Source of the DNA: Isurus oxyrinchus
Lineage: Eukaryota
NCBI GenBank assembly: GCA_026770705.1
Contig: JANJGN010000192.1
Span: 62,001-126,000, forward strand
DNA: 64,000 nt
Direction: 5' to 3'
This document shows, piece by piece, positions 63,640-64,000 of this stretch (the stretch's first letter is position 1; each line of letters starts with the position of its first letter). A program made the translations under genes and the position numbers. The notes under the pieces were generated by a model. The model had not been told where the DNA came from and did not search any database. It saw only the letters and a program-made list of their open reading frames with translations.

Positions 63640-64000
63640 GGGGAAATGAGAATTTTCACGAAGCTGCAATTGTGGAAAAAAGGTTCAGCTGGAATGGTCG
63701 TGAAGCCTTTAAATTCATGAGGCACAAATTTCTCTTTCTCGTGTTCTTGTAGATAACACTCGAAGGAATCACCCTATTGGCACCAGAATGCAAAAAAAAA
63801 CTGCTGATTCACCAATGGGATTTCGGATTGCAATCGTTTACTTTACGAATTTAGTTTTGATAATCGTAGAAAGGTATAATCATATAATGGATACAGCACA
63901 AAATGAAACCATTCGTCCTGTCCTGTCTGTTCTGTTTCTCTGATGGAGAAATGCAACCATTGTCAATCCCCTGCCTTCTCCCGTGCATTTTTCTTCTTTT
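63640..64000 (+). repeat. further partial copy of the tRNA-Lys cassette running off the window end
   Basis: GCTGATTCACCA and TGTCAATCCCC..CTTC anchors are shared with 51000-51370. Confidence 0.65.

Overview
Vertebrate genomic DNA, very probably a shark or other cartilaginous fish. This is inferred from the CR1/L2/SINE/Penelope repeat types, the GPR139-like GPCRs and the NLR-type LRR exons. The window is a repeat-dense 'birth-and-death graveyard'. It holds one intact tRNA-Ile(AAT) gene and about ten decayed tRNA copies (Asp, Gly, Lys, Ser, Ile) inside locally duplicated cassettes. It also holds three tandem 171-nt-class NLRP-like LRR exons (all damaged), a two-exon GPR139-like pseudogene plus an orphan GPR139-like first exon, and an internally deleted histone H3 gene that keeps its TATA box and 3' stem-loop. 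Mobile DNA comprises Harbinger, hAT and Gypsy remnants, candidate solo LTRs, CR1/L2 LINE pieces, SINEs and Penelope-derived elements with hammerhead-ribozyme-like cores. No complete intact protein-coding gene is visible and most ORF-track entries are spurious. I cannot demonstrate a new biological system. The best leads are an open, splice-bounded BEN-domain-like exon, the hammerhead-bearing mini-elements, the mini-H3 locus and a hairpin minisatellite. All alignments were done by eye and repeat boundaries are approximate.
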